A stretch of DNA of 64,000 nucleotides from Mobula hypostoma (taxonomy: Eukaryota), in assembly GCF_963921235.1 (NCBI RefSeq), contig NC_086108.1, forward strand, positions 114,764,001 through 114,828,000, read 5' to 3'. The notes under the pieces were generated by a model. The model ran no database searches and was not told the origin of the DNA. It saw only the letters and a list, made by a program, of their open reading frames with translations. Each line of letters starts with the position of its first letter. Position 1 is the stretch's first letter. A program made the position numbers and the translations under genes. Below are positions 52,524-64,000 of this stretch, piece by piece.

Positions 52524-54278
52524 TATAGAAACATAGAAACATAGAAAATAGGTGCAGGAGTAGGCCATTCGGCCCTTCGAGCCTGCACCACCATTTATTA
52601 TGATCATGGCTGATCATCCAACTCAGAACCCAGCCTTCCCTCCATACCCCCTGACCCCTGTAGCCACAAGGGCCATATCTAACTCCCTCTTAAACATAGC
52701 CAATGAACTGGCCTCAACAGTTTCCTGTGGCAGAGAATTCCACAGATTCACCACTCTCTGTGTGAAGAAGTTTTTCCTAATCTCGGTCCTAAAAGGCTTC
52801 CCCTTTATCCTCAAACTGTGACCCCTCGTTCTGGACCTCCCCAACATCGGGAACAATCTTCCCGCATCTAGCCTGTCCAATCCCTTTAGGATCTTATACG
52901 TTTCAATCAGATCCCCCCTCAATCTTCTAAATTCCAACGACTACAAGCCCAGTTCATCCAGTCTTTCTTCATATGAAAGACCTGCCATCCCAGGAATCAA
53001 TCTGGTGAACCTTCTTTGTACTCCCTCTATGGCAAAGATGTCTTTCCTCAGATTAGGGGACCAAAACTGCACACAATACTCCAGGTGTGGTCTCACCAAG
53101 GCCTTGTACAACTGCAGTAGTACCTCCCTGCTCCTGTACTCGAATCCTCTCGCTATAAATGCCAGCATACCGTTCGCCTTTTTCACCGCCTGCTGTACCT
53201 GCATGCCCACTTTCAATGACTGGTGTATAATGACACCCAGGTCTCATTGCACCTCCCCTTTTCCTAATCGGCCACCATTCAGATAATAATCTGTTTTTCT
53301 ATTTTTGCCACCAAAGTGGATAACTTCACATTTATCCACATTAAATTGCATCTGCCATGAGTTTGCCCACTCACCCAACCTATCCAAGTCACCCTGCATC
53401 CTCTTAGCATCCTCCTCACTGCTAACACTGCCACCCAGCTTCGTGTCATCCGCAAACTTGGAGATGCTGCATTTAATTCCCTCATCCAAGTCATTAATAT
53501 ATATTGTAAACAACTGGGGTCCCAGCACTGAGCCTTGCGGTACCCCACTAGTCACCGCCTGCCATTCTGAAAAAGTCCCGTTTATTCCCACTCTTTGCTT
53601 CCCGTCTGCTAACCAATTCTCCACCCACACCAATACCTTACCCCCAATACCGTGTGCTTTAAGTTTGCACACTAATCTCCTGTGTGGGACCTTGTCAAAA
53701 GCCTTTTGAAAATCCAAATATACCACATCCACTGGTTCTCCCCTATCCACTCTACTAGTTACATCTTCAAAAAATTCTATGAGATTCGTCAGACATGATT
53801 TTCCTTTCACAAATCCATGCTGACTTTGTCCAATCATTTCACCGCTTTCCAAATGTGCTGTTATCAAATCCTTGATAACTGACTCCAGCAGTTTCCCCAC
53901 CACCGACGTTAGGCTAACCGGCCTATAATTCCCCGGTTTCTCTCTCCCTCCTTTTTTAAAAAGTGGGGTTACATTAGCCACCCTCCAATCCTCAGGAACT
54001 AGTCCAGAATCTAACGAGTTTTGAAAAATTATCACTAATGCATCCACTATTTCTTGGGCTACCTCCTTAAGCACTCTAGGATGCAGACCATCTGGCCCTG
54101 GGGATTTATCTGCCTTCAATCCCTTCAATTTACCTAACACCACTTCCCTACTAACATGTATTTCACTCAGTTCCTCCATCTCACTGGACCCTCTGTCCCT
54201 TACTATTTCTGGAAGATTATTTATGTCCTCCTTAGTGAAGACAGAACCAAAGTAATTATTCAATTGGTCTGCCATGTC
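52524..54278 (-). mobile_element. Young 5'-truncated CR1
   Basis: 347-aa RT ORF 53244-54287, then 52941-53216 and 52623-52937 in frame; (catagaaa)n tail. Confidence 0.93.
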
Positions 54279-54650
54279 AGACATCACTCAGCCAGTGACA
54301 GTACACTGTTCATGGCAGGACTCTTAATAGGGTGAATGAGCAGAGGGATATTGGGGTTTAAGCTCATAGCTTCCGGAAAGTGGTTAAGAAGTCATATTTC
54401 TTGCTTTTATTAGTCAGGGCACTGAGTTCAAAAGTCAGTAAGTTACCTTACAGCTTTATAAAACTTCAGTTAGGCTGCACCTGGAGTATTGTGTACAGTT
54501 CTGGTCACCCCATTATAGGAAAAGTTGAGGCTTTGGAAAGGGTACAAAAGAGGTTCACTGGGATGCTGCCCAGATTCGAGAGTTCAGACAAACTCAGGTT
54601 GCTTTCTCTGGAGTGGCAGAGGATGAGGGGAGATCTGATAGAGGTTTATA

Positions 54651-55423
54651 AAATAGGAAAACAGATTATTATCTGAATGGTGGCCGATTAGGAAAAGGGG
54701 AGGTGCAATGAGACCTGGGTGTCATTATACACCAGTCATTGAAAGTGGGCATGCAGGTACAGCAGGCGGTGAAAAAGGCGAACGGTATGCTGGCATTTAT
54801 AGCAAGAGGATTCGAGTACAGGAGCAGGGAGGTACTACTGCAGTTGTACAAGGCCTTGGTGAGACCACACCTGGAGTATTGTGTGCAGTTTTGGTCCCCT
54901 AATCTGAGGAAAGACATCTTTGCCATAGAGGGAGTACAAAGAAGGTTCACCAGATTGATTCCTGGGATGGCAGGTCTTTCATATGAAGAAAGACTGGATG
55001 AACTGGGCTTGTACTCATTGGAATTTAGAAGATTGAGGGGGGATCTGATTGAAACGTATAAGATCCTAAAGGGATTGGACAGGCTGGATGCGGGAAGATT
55101 GTTCCCGATGTTGGGGAGGTCCAGAACGAGGGGTCACAGTTTGAGGATAGAGGGGAAGCCTTTTAGGACCGAGATTAGGAAAAACTTCTTCACACAGAGA
55201 GTGGTGAATCTGTGGAATTCTCTGCCACAGCAAACTGTTGAGGCCAGTTCATTGGCTATGTTTAAGAGGGAGTTAGAAATGGCCCTTGTGGCTACAGGGG
55301 GTATGGAGGGAAGGCTGGGTTCTGAGTTGGATGATCAGCCATGATCATAATAAATGGCGGTGCAGGCTCGAAGGGCCGAATGGCCTACTCCTGCACCTAT
55401 TTTCTATGTTTCTATGTTTCTAT
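54651..55423 (+). mobile_element. Young CR1 3' fragment, near-identical inverted partner of 52524-53304
   Basis: ORF 54739-55344 almost identical to the - strand copy; (tttctatg)n tail; inserted in an older CR1 at tataa. Confidence 0.93.
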
Positions 55424-55584
55424 AAGATTAAGAGGCATAGATAGAGTAGACAGAGAGTATCTTTCTCCCAGGGTTCAAATGTTTAATACCAGAGGACATG
55501 CATTTAAAGAGAGAGGGAGTAATTTCAAAGCACATGTGAGGAGCAAGTTTTTTTTACACAGGGATTGGTGGGTGCCTGGAATGA

Positions 55585-56525
55585 CAATTTCGATGACAGA
55601 ATTGATGGCTTTGTGGCCAAGTCTGCAGAGTATACAAGATAGGTAGAGGGGCAGGTAGTGTTGAGGAAGCAGGGTGTCTGCAGAAGGACTTGGACAGATT
55701 GGGGGAACAGGCAATGAAGTGGCACATGGAACACAGTGTCGGGAAGAGTATGGTCACGCACTTTGGTAGAAGGAGTAAAGGTGAAGGCTATTTTCTAAAC
55801 GGAGAGAAAATTAAAAAATCAGATGTGCAAAGACACTTAGGAGGTCTCATGCAGGATCCTCTTGCAGATTGAGTCATTGGTGAGGAAGGCAAATACAATG
55901 TTAGCATTCATTTAGAGAGAACTAAAATATAAGAGCAAGTATTTGATGCTGAAGTTTTATAAAGCATTGGTGAGGCCTCACTTGGAGCATTAAGAGCATT
56001 TTTGGGCTCCTTAGCCAAGAAATGATGTATTGACATTGGAGAGGGCCTTCAGGAGGTTCATGAAAATGATTCCAGGAATGAAAGGGTTAATGTATGTGGA
56101 GCATTTGGTGGCTCTGGAGTTGTATTTGCTGGAGTTCAGAAGAATGGGGGGGGTGATGATATAATTGAAAAGTCTAATCAGAGTGGATGTGCAGACAATG
56201 TTTCCTATAGTGAGAGTGTCCAGGACCAGAGGGCACATCTTAAGAAAAGGGGACATCATTTAGAAGAGATGAGGAGGAATTTCTTTAGCCAGAGGGTGAT
56301 GAATCTGTGGAATTCATTGCCATCGATGGCTGTGGAGGCCAAGTCACTGAGTATATTTAAAGTGGAGGTTGATGGGTTCTTAATTAGTCAATGTCAAAGA
56401 TGACAGGAAAAAGGCAAGAGAATGGGGTTGAGGGGGATTGAGATGCACAGTTTTCCCAGTCATAATGGAATGGCAGAACAGACTCAATGGGCCGAGCAGC
56501 CTAATTCTCCTCCTATATCTTATGA
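55585..56525 (+). mobile_element. Degenerate CR1 3' region
   Basis: DRLGEQAMKWHMEHSVGK..; tctgtggaattcattgcc; CR1 3' end at ~56500. Confidence 0.8.
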
Positions 56526-57304
56526 AATGCACTTCCTTAGGTGGTGGTAGAGACAGATATGACAGACGTTTTTAGATAGGCACACGAATACGGAGGGATA
56601 TGGACACTGTGTAGGTAGAAGCACCCAGGATAAACCCACATGGTCACAGGGAGGATATGCATACTCCATACAGGCAGTACCGGAGGTCAGCATTAAATGT
56701 GTCTTTGAAGGCAGCGGGTTATGGCTCTCAGTTGTGTGGTGTCGGGGCTGGTAGGGTAAAGGGTGAACCACAAACTGTAACAATAACAGCAGGCTAAAAG
56801 GGCCAAATTGCCTCACCTTTCCCTCTTTGTCAAGAAACATAAGTGGTTCGATCGTCGACAAGAATGTCTAACAATCACCAACAAGGTGAGTGTGAAGTTT
56901 ACCGAACTTTGTTACAAGTTGCTATGTTCATGCAGTTGTCCTCACAAGGGGAGTGAAAATGCACAGTTTTCCCAGGCTGGGGAATGGCACAGATTTAAGG
57001 TGAGAGGGCAGAGATTTATGAAGTCAAAGTCATGCTCAGGTTTGTTGTCAAGTGCACAAGGCCGTCTATCCACAGTTGTAATGAAAACTTACTTGCAGCA
57101 GCTTTACGACACATTCCTAATTCAAGATTGTTTAATATAATTTCCAGTACACAAGTGTAAAGGAGAATACTCTAGATCCAATGCAGCACAATAAATATAA
57201 ATACATAAGATAGCTTATATAGGTACATTGATTGCATGTCCATAAAGTGATGCTAGGCACAGGAGTGTCTGTACATAAGGTGACTGACAGGAAATGATAA
57301 AGTA

Positions 57305-57665
57305 GTGGTGGTTGGGAGTGTGGAGGGGCGGGTTAGTGGTCGGGAGTGTGGAGGGGCATGTTAGTGGGTGGGGCTGTGGAGGGGCGGGTTAGTGGTCAGG
57401 GTTGTGGGGGTGCGGAGGGGCAGGTTAGTGGTCGGGGGTGTGGGGGGGTGTAGAGGGGTGTGTTAGTGGAGGGGGTGTGGAGGGGTGGGTTAGTGGATGG
57501 GGGTGTGGAAGGGTGGGTTAGTGGTTGGCGGTGTGGGGGGGCGGGTTAGTGTGGGGGGTTGTGGAGGGGTGGGTGAGTGGTCGGCAGTGTGGGGGGTTGT
57601 GGAGGGGCAGGTTAGTGGTCGGGGGTGTGGGGGGTGTAGAGGGGCGGGTCAGTGGGGGGGGGGTG
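57305..57665. repeat. G-rich ~28-bp degenerate tandem repeat inside a Rex1-type 3' fragment (~57115-57835, - strand)
   Basis: Units like gggttagtggtcgggagtgtggagggg; the adjacent - strand reads TTRLKNSDSPQAVRLIN. Confidence 0.8.
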
Positions 57666-58372
57666 TTAATCAGCCTCACTGCTTGGGGAGAGTCACTGTT
57701 TTTGAGTCTGGTGGTCCCGGCGTGGATGCCGAGTACCTCCCCTTGATGGGAGTGGGACCAACAGTCCATAAGCAGGGTTGTGGGGGGGGGGGGGTCCTTC
57801 ATGATGTTACTAGCCCTTTTCTGGCACCGTTCTGGGTAGGCTGATGCCAGTGTGTTGGGCAGAGCATCAGATAAGGCTGCTGCTGGTGATATATGGATAG
57901 AGCATCAGTTTTTCACAGAAAAACATAAATTATACACAATTTTTACAAAATAAAAAGCACCATTGGAACAAATAAAAACATTGTAGTGCAAAGTAGTTGT
58001 GGAGTTGCTAAACGGTGGTGATTAGGATTGTGCTGGTTGGTTCAAGAACCGAATGGTTGGAGGGAGGTAGCTGTTCCTGAGCCAGGTGATGTGGAACCTC
58101 AGGCTTCAGCACCTCCTTCCCAGTGGTAGCTGTGAGAAGATACCATGGCCCAGAGGGTGGGGATCTGAGGGGCAACTTCTTCACCCAGAGGCTAGTCCAT
58201 ATATGAAACAAACTGCCAAAGGCAGTTATATAAACAGTGTTTAAAAGGCTGTTGGACAGTGACATGGACAGGAAAGGTTTAGAGTTATACATGGGTAAAT
58301 GGTACTGGATCAATTGGCCAAATGGCCTGTTTCCCTCGTTTGCCTACAACTCGGAGACATTTGGGAGTGGGG

Positions 58373-60186
58373 TCACCTGATTTTCCGATTACTGGCCTGT
58401 CTGCTTGTACTGCCCGGCTTCTCGGGAATTACCAGCCGGATCTTCCCGGGATATTTAGCTGCCTGTGGCTCCCCAGGACTGAGAGTGGGTGGTGTGCCTT
58501 TATGCCCACTCCCTGCCCCCTCTCCCTGCCCTCTCCTCTCCCTTTGCAACTCCCCTGTCTCTTCCTCCTCACACCTGTTCTCCACCTCGTGCCCTCCCCT
58601 GTCCTTCTCCCTTGTATTCTCTTCTTCCCTCCATTCCTCCTCACCCTTCCCCTCCCCATATACCTCCTCACCCTTCCCCTCCCCATATACCTCCTCCTTC
58701 CACTTTCCCTGTACCTCCCCTGGCCCCTCACTCAGTCTCTCTCCATCCCTACCCCCCTCCTCCTCCCCTCTGGGATGGTGTGGGGAGACGGCAGAGTAGC
58801 TCACCGACTTCCCACCTTCAGCCTGGCCATGCTCTCCTGTTCCAGGCCTGAGTGCCCCGGCCTCTCCCGGGGCTGGAGTTGGGTAGTCCTGCCCTAGGCC
58901 AGCTCCAGAATCCACGCTCTCAGCCTCACCACCCCTGTCCACCTCCCCTCTCTCATGCCTACTCATTCCATCTGAGGCTCTGCTTCCCCTCCCCCCTCCA
59001 CGGTCTGTACCCTCTCTAGTTGCTGGGGCAGCCGATATTCTCAACCCACCAACTGGCCTGGGAGAAGACTGCAGTGACACCTCACCCTTAGCACTGAGTG
59101 TGTCCCCCTCCCCACCCACAGCACTGGGTATGACTACAGATCCCATGGGTAGGGTTCGGCCAAAGCTCTGGGCTGAACCGATCCCCGAAAGGGTCCCACT
59201 GGACTGAGCTGACCGAGGAGACTCCCTACAGCCCCTGCCTCCCTCCTTCGTGTGTCGGCCTCGAGTGGGCGCTGGTCGCTTCTTCGACGTCTTGGGCCTC
59301 TGAGTGCACTGTGAGCCTCTGGGCCACTCCCTCCTGCTGCCTGGTGTCTTTGTCTTCGAGGGCTTCCTGACACCCTTCTCTGCAACTGGACAGATCTTTC
59401 CAGGTCTGGTGGGTTTCAGGATGAACTTCACCATCGGTGTGCTCTCTGGGACTCCCAGTGGGAAGCCTCTCTTCCCTCTGCCTCTTCCCAGGGGCTCGTT
59501 CACACCCTCGGCCCTTCCCTCACTCTCCAGCCTTCTCCCAGTCCCAGTCCCGATGGAACGGTAAAATCCCAAGTCAAGTCCCAGCAAATCAAACCTCACT
59601 GACTTTGGTCTCCGATCTCTGTCCTTTCCCTGCACTCTCCTGGGAATGTCGACCTGTCCAGTAGACTGGGTGGCTCCAGATCTCCCACTTTCCTCTGGAT
59701 GATCCCTTTGCTCCGGCTTTCCGAAGGGATCAGGACTGGCTGTGGTCCCCCAGTGAGGGGTGAACACCAACACATTTTCCCCTATGTCTGCATTCCCATC
59801 CCGTCCAGCACCAGATACATCATCTTCACCTCGCACTGCCAAACCAGGCTTCCTACTCATCCCCAGGAGCACTCTGTTGCTAGAATGATGAGAATAATGA
59901 TAGTCCTGGCTACTGAGGTGGTAATTCCTTTGGAATGGCCCCACAGGTTGAGCTCTCCCTGTTGGGAATGGCAGGCGAGTGGCTTCACAACATGCTGTCT
60001 TGGTCTGGGGCTGCCTGTCAGCGGTGGGAAGGGTGGCGTTGTAGGGTGCCAGTTGTGTTCCCCGCCAGCCCCCTGTGTTGGGCATGGATTCCCATTGCCA
60101 GTGTCCCCTGTCCGGGCTCTGCATTTCCATGGGATCTTCTGGCAGATTGGAGTGGTCTCCTCGGCAATGGTAGCAAGCTCGCAAAC
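58373..60186 (-). CDS. LRRC53: Large antisense coding exon (~604 codons, disordered, G/R/E/S/P-rich) nested in a TNNI3K intron; probable 3' exon of LRRC53
   Basis: Stop-free frame of 603 aa with no TE motifs. On the - strand it is preceded by a long pyrimidine tract and the acceptor ttgctttgatcaacag|GT TTG CGA, and it ends in TGA at 58375-58373. The gene name comes from recalled synteny (human LRRC53 lies antisense in the TNNI3K intron after the ...NACPE exon), not from an alignment. Confidence 0.6.
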
Positions 60187-60360
60187 CTGTTGATCAAAGC
60201 AAGGAAAGGTGAGGGGGGCGGTGAAGGGGTGGGGGTGTCAGAGGTCAAAGTGGAGAGAGAGGGCAGATGGGGGGAGGTCGAAGGGGAGGGAGAGAGAAGA
60301 CAGGAAGGAGAGGAGGTTAGGATGTAAAAGAGGGTGAGCAGAAGTGGAGGTGAGAGAGGC

Positions 60361-60559
60361 AACATGCACAACACGATGGAGGAACTCAGCAGGTCAGGCA
60401 GCATCCATGGAAACGAACAGTCAACATTTTGGGCCGCGACCCTTCGTCAGGACTGGGCCCGAAACGTTGACTGTTCATTTCCACTGACGCTGCCCGACCT
60501 GTTGAGTTCCTCCAGCGCCTTGCTTTGACCCCAGCATCTGCAGAGTATTTTGTGTTTAT
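60361..60559. mobile_element. Palindromic Penelope-derived mini-element with a decayed hammerhead (60418-60455, - strand)
   Basis: Same family as 10399-10598; - strand CAGTC-CTGACGA-a-GGG-tcgcgg-CCC-AAAA-TGTT-GACTG; flanking GAGGTGAGAG at 60347 and 60560. Confidence 0.8.
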
Positions 60560-60689
60560 GAGGTGAGAGGGTGAGGAGGAGAGAGCTCGCCTGCAACTCG
60601 TTCTTGCTTCAGTGGTTGGCACGATCTCGTGGCTTCGGACCCCATTGTCAAACTGCAGGCAATGAGATCCACTGGGTCCGATGACCCAC

Positions 60690-61228
60690 TTGGAGATTTG
60701 AGTTCACTTCTGGTAGTCTCACTGTAGAAAGGATGTGGAAGCTTTGGGGTGGGGGGGCGGGGGCGGGGGCGTCAGAGGAGACCTACCAGGCTGCTGCCTG
60801 GATTAGAGAGCGTGTATTGTGAGGATAGGTTAAGCGAGCTGGAGCTTTTCCCTGTGGAGTGAAGGAGGATAAGAGGTGACTTGATAAAAGTGTACAAGAT
60901 GATAAGAGGAATAGATAGAGTGGACAGCCAGAGACATTTTCTCAGGGCAGAAACAGCTAATATGAAGGAGGCATAATTTTGAGGTGCTTGGAGAAAAGTA
61001 TGGTGGGGGGGGGGGGGAAATGTTAGAAGTAACTTTTTTTTAACCTGCAAAGCTTTGCCCTGGGCAGCAGTAAAACAGGTACATGGGGGACATTTAAGAA
61101 ACTCTTAGATAGGCACATGGATAATTGAAAAATGGAGGGCTGTGTAGGAGGGAGGGGTTAGATGAATCTTAGAGCAGGTTAAAGGGTTGGCACAACATAG
61201 AGGGCCAAAGGGCTTGTACTGATGTTCT
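60690..61228 (+). mobile_element. CR1 3' fragment
   Basis: gaaaggatgtggaagcttt, ggataagaggtgacttgata and gagtggacagccagagac motifs. Confidence 0.75.
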
Positions 61229-61234
61229 GCACTT

Positions 61235-61425
61235 ACCGGGTACACCTGTAGTTCAGGCCAAACATCAGAATGGGGAAGAAACGTGATCTAAGTTACTTTG
61301 ACTGTGGAATGAATGTTGGTGCCAGACGGAGTGACTTGAGTATCTCAGAAACTGCTGAACTCCTTGGACGTTCATGCACAGCAGTCTCCAGAGTTTACAG
61401 AGGACAGTACGAAAAACAAAAATGA
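61235..61425 (+). mobile_element. Tc1/mariner transposase N-terminal fragment
   Basis: ATG at 61270: MGKKRDLSYFDCGMNVGARRSDLSISETAELLGRSCTAVSRVYRGQYEKQK, a typical Tc1 paired-like HTH. Confidence 0.8.
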
Positions 61426-61438
61426 TTCCATGTGTCCA

Positions 61439-62145
61439 GTAGCTTTGGGCTCCTCCTTATTGTTAGGTTTCCTGGTTTTTCTGTCTTTAAAGGGCTGACG
61501 AGAAAACCAGGGAACCTAACAATGAGGAGGAGCCCAAAGCTACCACCTGTCTTCCCAATATTTCCACGGTTTCTGGAAGGATAGGTAGGATTCTGAAGAA
61601 ATACCAGATTAATACCACCCACAAACCTATAAGGAAGCTCAGATCACAGATTATGCACTTCAAAGATGAACTGGGACTCAGGACGGCTGGCATTTATGGG
61701 ATTCCCTGTGAATGCAGAACAGTATTTATCGGCCAGACGGGATGTACGGTGGAAACCCACAATAAGGAGCACAGAAGGTGTATCTGTTTGGGTTACCTGG
61801 AGAAATTGGCAGTAGCATAACATTGCATTTGCAACAGCCACAGAACTGACTTCAGTACAAAACTACTGTGTTGCGCCAATGGTTTTTGGGAATGCCTGGT
61901 GAAGGAAGCCATCGCAATAAAACTAAAGGAAAAGAATTTTAACCAAGGTGAAGGTCTCACTAAGTAAGAACTGGAATTCAATTGTAAACAAGGTGGGAGA
62001 GTGGAAACCTGATTGGATGAGGACTAATCAATCAGGAAGGAAGGAAAGAAAGACTGCAAGAGTATAAATACCACCAGACTAGACATGCCCAGGCATTATT
62101 CCTGATGAAGATGGCAGAGTTGGTATTCGTCGGGATAAGAACATG
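61439..62145 (+). mobile_element. Penelope-like element 3' part: GIY-YIG endonuclease pseudogene + terminal repeat
   Basis: GRIGRILKKYQI..AGIYGIPCECRTVFIGQTGCTVETHNKEHRR..LAVA*H..LVKEAIAIKL..NFNQGEG; then TATAAATA and cctgatgaagatggc..cgtcgg (hammerhead lacking GAAAC). Confidence 0.85.
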
Positions 62146-62344
62146 TATATACTGGCATGGATAGGAGATTGGTTAACTGGCAAGAGGCAAAGAGTGGGGG
62201 AAAAAAGGGAGCCTTTTCTGATTGGCTGCCAGTACCTAGTGGTGTTCCGTTCCACAGGTGTCTGTGTTGGGACCACATCTTTTCACGTTATACTGTATAT
62301 CAGTAACTTGGATGATGAAATTGATGGCTTTGTAGCCAAGTTTT

Positions 62345-63360
62345 AAAGTTCAAAGCAAATTTAGTATCATTACTGTCACCATGTTCACTCAGAGATTCAT
62401 TTTCTTGTGGGCATACTCAGTAAATCGAATAACCATAATAGAATCAATGAAAGACAACTGGGCAGACAGTGTGCAGAAGACAACAAACTGTGCAAATACA
62501 AAAAAATTAATAATTATAAAAATGAATAAGCAATACACAACAAAAACCTGAGATGAAGAATTCTTGAAAGTCATTCCATAGGTTGTGGGAGTATTTCAGT
62601 GATGGGGCAAATGAAGTTGAGTAAAGTTATTGCCTTTGATCAAGAGCCTGATGGTTCAGATGCATTAACTGTTCCTGAGGCCGGTGTTGTGAGTCCTGAT
62701 GGCAGCAACAAGAAGAGGACATGACCTGGGTGGTGGAGGTCCCTGCCGATGAATACTACTTTCCTGTGACACTACTCTGTGTAGATGTACTCAGTGGTGG
62801 AGAGGGCTTTATCTGTGATGAACTGGGTTGTATCCACTACTTTTTGTAGGATTTCCCATTCAAGGACGTTGGTGTTTCCACACCAAACTGTGATGCAGCC
62901 AGCCAATATACTCTCCACCACACATCTATAGAATTCTGTCAGTTTTAGATGTCATGCTGAATCAAACCGAAGGAAGTAGAGGCATGGTCAAGCTTTCTTC
63001 ATAATTACACTTACGTGCTGTGTCCAGGACAGGTCCTCTGAAATGGTAACACCCAGGAATTTAAAGTTGCCGACCCTCTCGACCTCGGATCCCCTGATGA
63101 GGACTGGCTCATGGACCTCCTGTTTCCTATTCCTGAAGCCAATAATCAGCTCCTTCATCTTGCTGACATTGAGTAAGAGTTTGTTGTTGTGGCACCACTC
63201 AGCCAGATTTTCAATCTCCCTCCTATATGCTGATTCATCACCACCTTGATTCAACCTACGACAATGATGTTATCCGCAAGCTTGAAAATGGTGTTGGAGC
63301 CGTGCTTAGCCACACAGCTATTGGTGTAAAGCAAATAGAGCAGGGGGCTAAGCATACAAA
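62345..63360 (-). mobile_element. Rex1 LINE 3' part
   Basis: ORF 62988-63254 DESAYRREIENLAEWCHNNKLLLNVSKMKELI..FKFLGVTISEDLSW. Confidence 0.85.
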
Positions 63361-63364
63361 CAAG

Positions 63365-64000
63365 AAAATAGTCTGTGCTTTTATTTCATCTACCAAAGTA
63401 CATGACCATACACTTTCCAACATTGTATTCCATCTGCCACTTCTTTGCCCATTCTCCTAATCTGTCCAAGACCTTCTTCAGCCTCCCTGCTTCCTCAACA
63501 CTCCCTGCCCCTCCACCTATCTTTATATCATCCACAGACTTAGTCACAAAGCCATCAATTTCATCATCCAACTCATTGACATATAACATGAAAAGAATCG
63601 GTCCTAACACAGGCCCCTGTGGAAAACCACTAGTCACTGGCAGCCAACCAGAAAAGGCTTCCTTTGTTCCCACTCTTTGCCTCCTGCCAATCAGCTAATG
63701 CTCTTTCCATGCTAATATCTTTCTTGTAATACCATGAAGTCTTATCATACTAAGCAGCCTCTTGTACAGCACCTTGTCAAAGGCCTTCTAAAAATCTGAA
63801 ATTGAGAGAGCAGGGAGTCTGCAGAAAGACTTGGATAGATTAGGAGAATAGGCTAAGAAGTGGCAGACAGAATACATGTCAGAAAGTGTATGCTCATGCA
63901 TTCTGATAGAAGCAAAAAGGCGTAGACTATTTTCTTAGCAGGGAGAAAATTCAAAACCCAGAAGTGCAAAGGGACGTGGGAGTCCTCGTGCAGAATTCCC
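63365..64000. mobile_element. Two CR1 RT fragments in opposite orientation (- 63365-63800; + 63800-64000)
   Basis: - strand PQGPVLGPILFMLYVNELDD; + strand LQKDLDRLGE*AKKWQ. Confidence 0.75.

Noticed and set aside
57305..57665. Interstitial telomeric array
   Set aside because: Only isolated GGGTTAG cores inside longer units; no tandem TTAGGG
58830..58860. Possible next TNNI3K exon (..ttccag followed by an RPE-like sequence)
   Set aside because: The required phase-0 reading gives GCC TGA, and the sequence does not encode GRPEFSEV
58299..58897. + strand Pro/Ser/Leu-rich ORFs
   Set aside because: Antisense shadows of the purine-rich part of the - strand exon

Overview
Eukaryotic genomic DNA from a vertebrate, very probably a cartilaginous fish (ray or shark, inferred from the CR1, Rex1, Penelope and V-SINE content). 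It is not prokaryotic. The + strand carries 14 consecutive coding exons of TNNI3K (cardiac troponin I-interacting kinase, ankyrin repeats plus kinase domain) between 3671 and 47880. All have GT-AG boundaries and splice into one open frame of 1439 nt; the gene's 5' and 3' ends lie outside the window. In the last, unfinished intron a ~1.8 kb non-repeat coding exon sits on the - strand (58373-60186) with a clear splice acceptor; it is most likely the large 3' exon of the nested antisense gene LRRC53. The rest is densely nested transposon-derived sequence: CR1 LINEs (one full-length, with an esterase ORF1), Rex1/Babar LINEs, Penelope-like elements with hammerhead-ribozyme motifs, short palindromic Penelope derivatives with target-site duplications, tRNA-derived SINEs, two nested hAT elements, a Tc1 fragment, a solo LTR, two copies of an LTR-like repeat and several minisatellites. 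Exon and TSD coordinates were read base by base. Boundaries of old repeats are approximate, and family assignments rest on motif recognition, not database searches.
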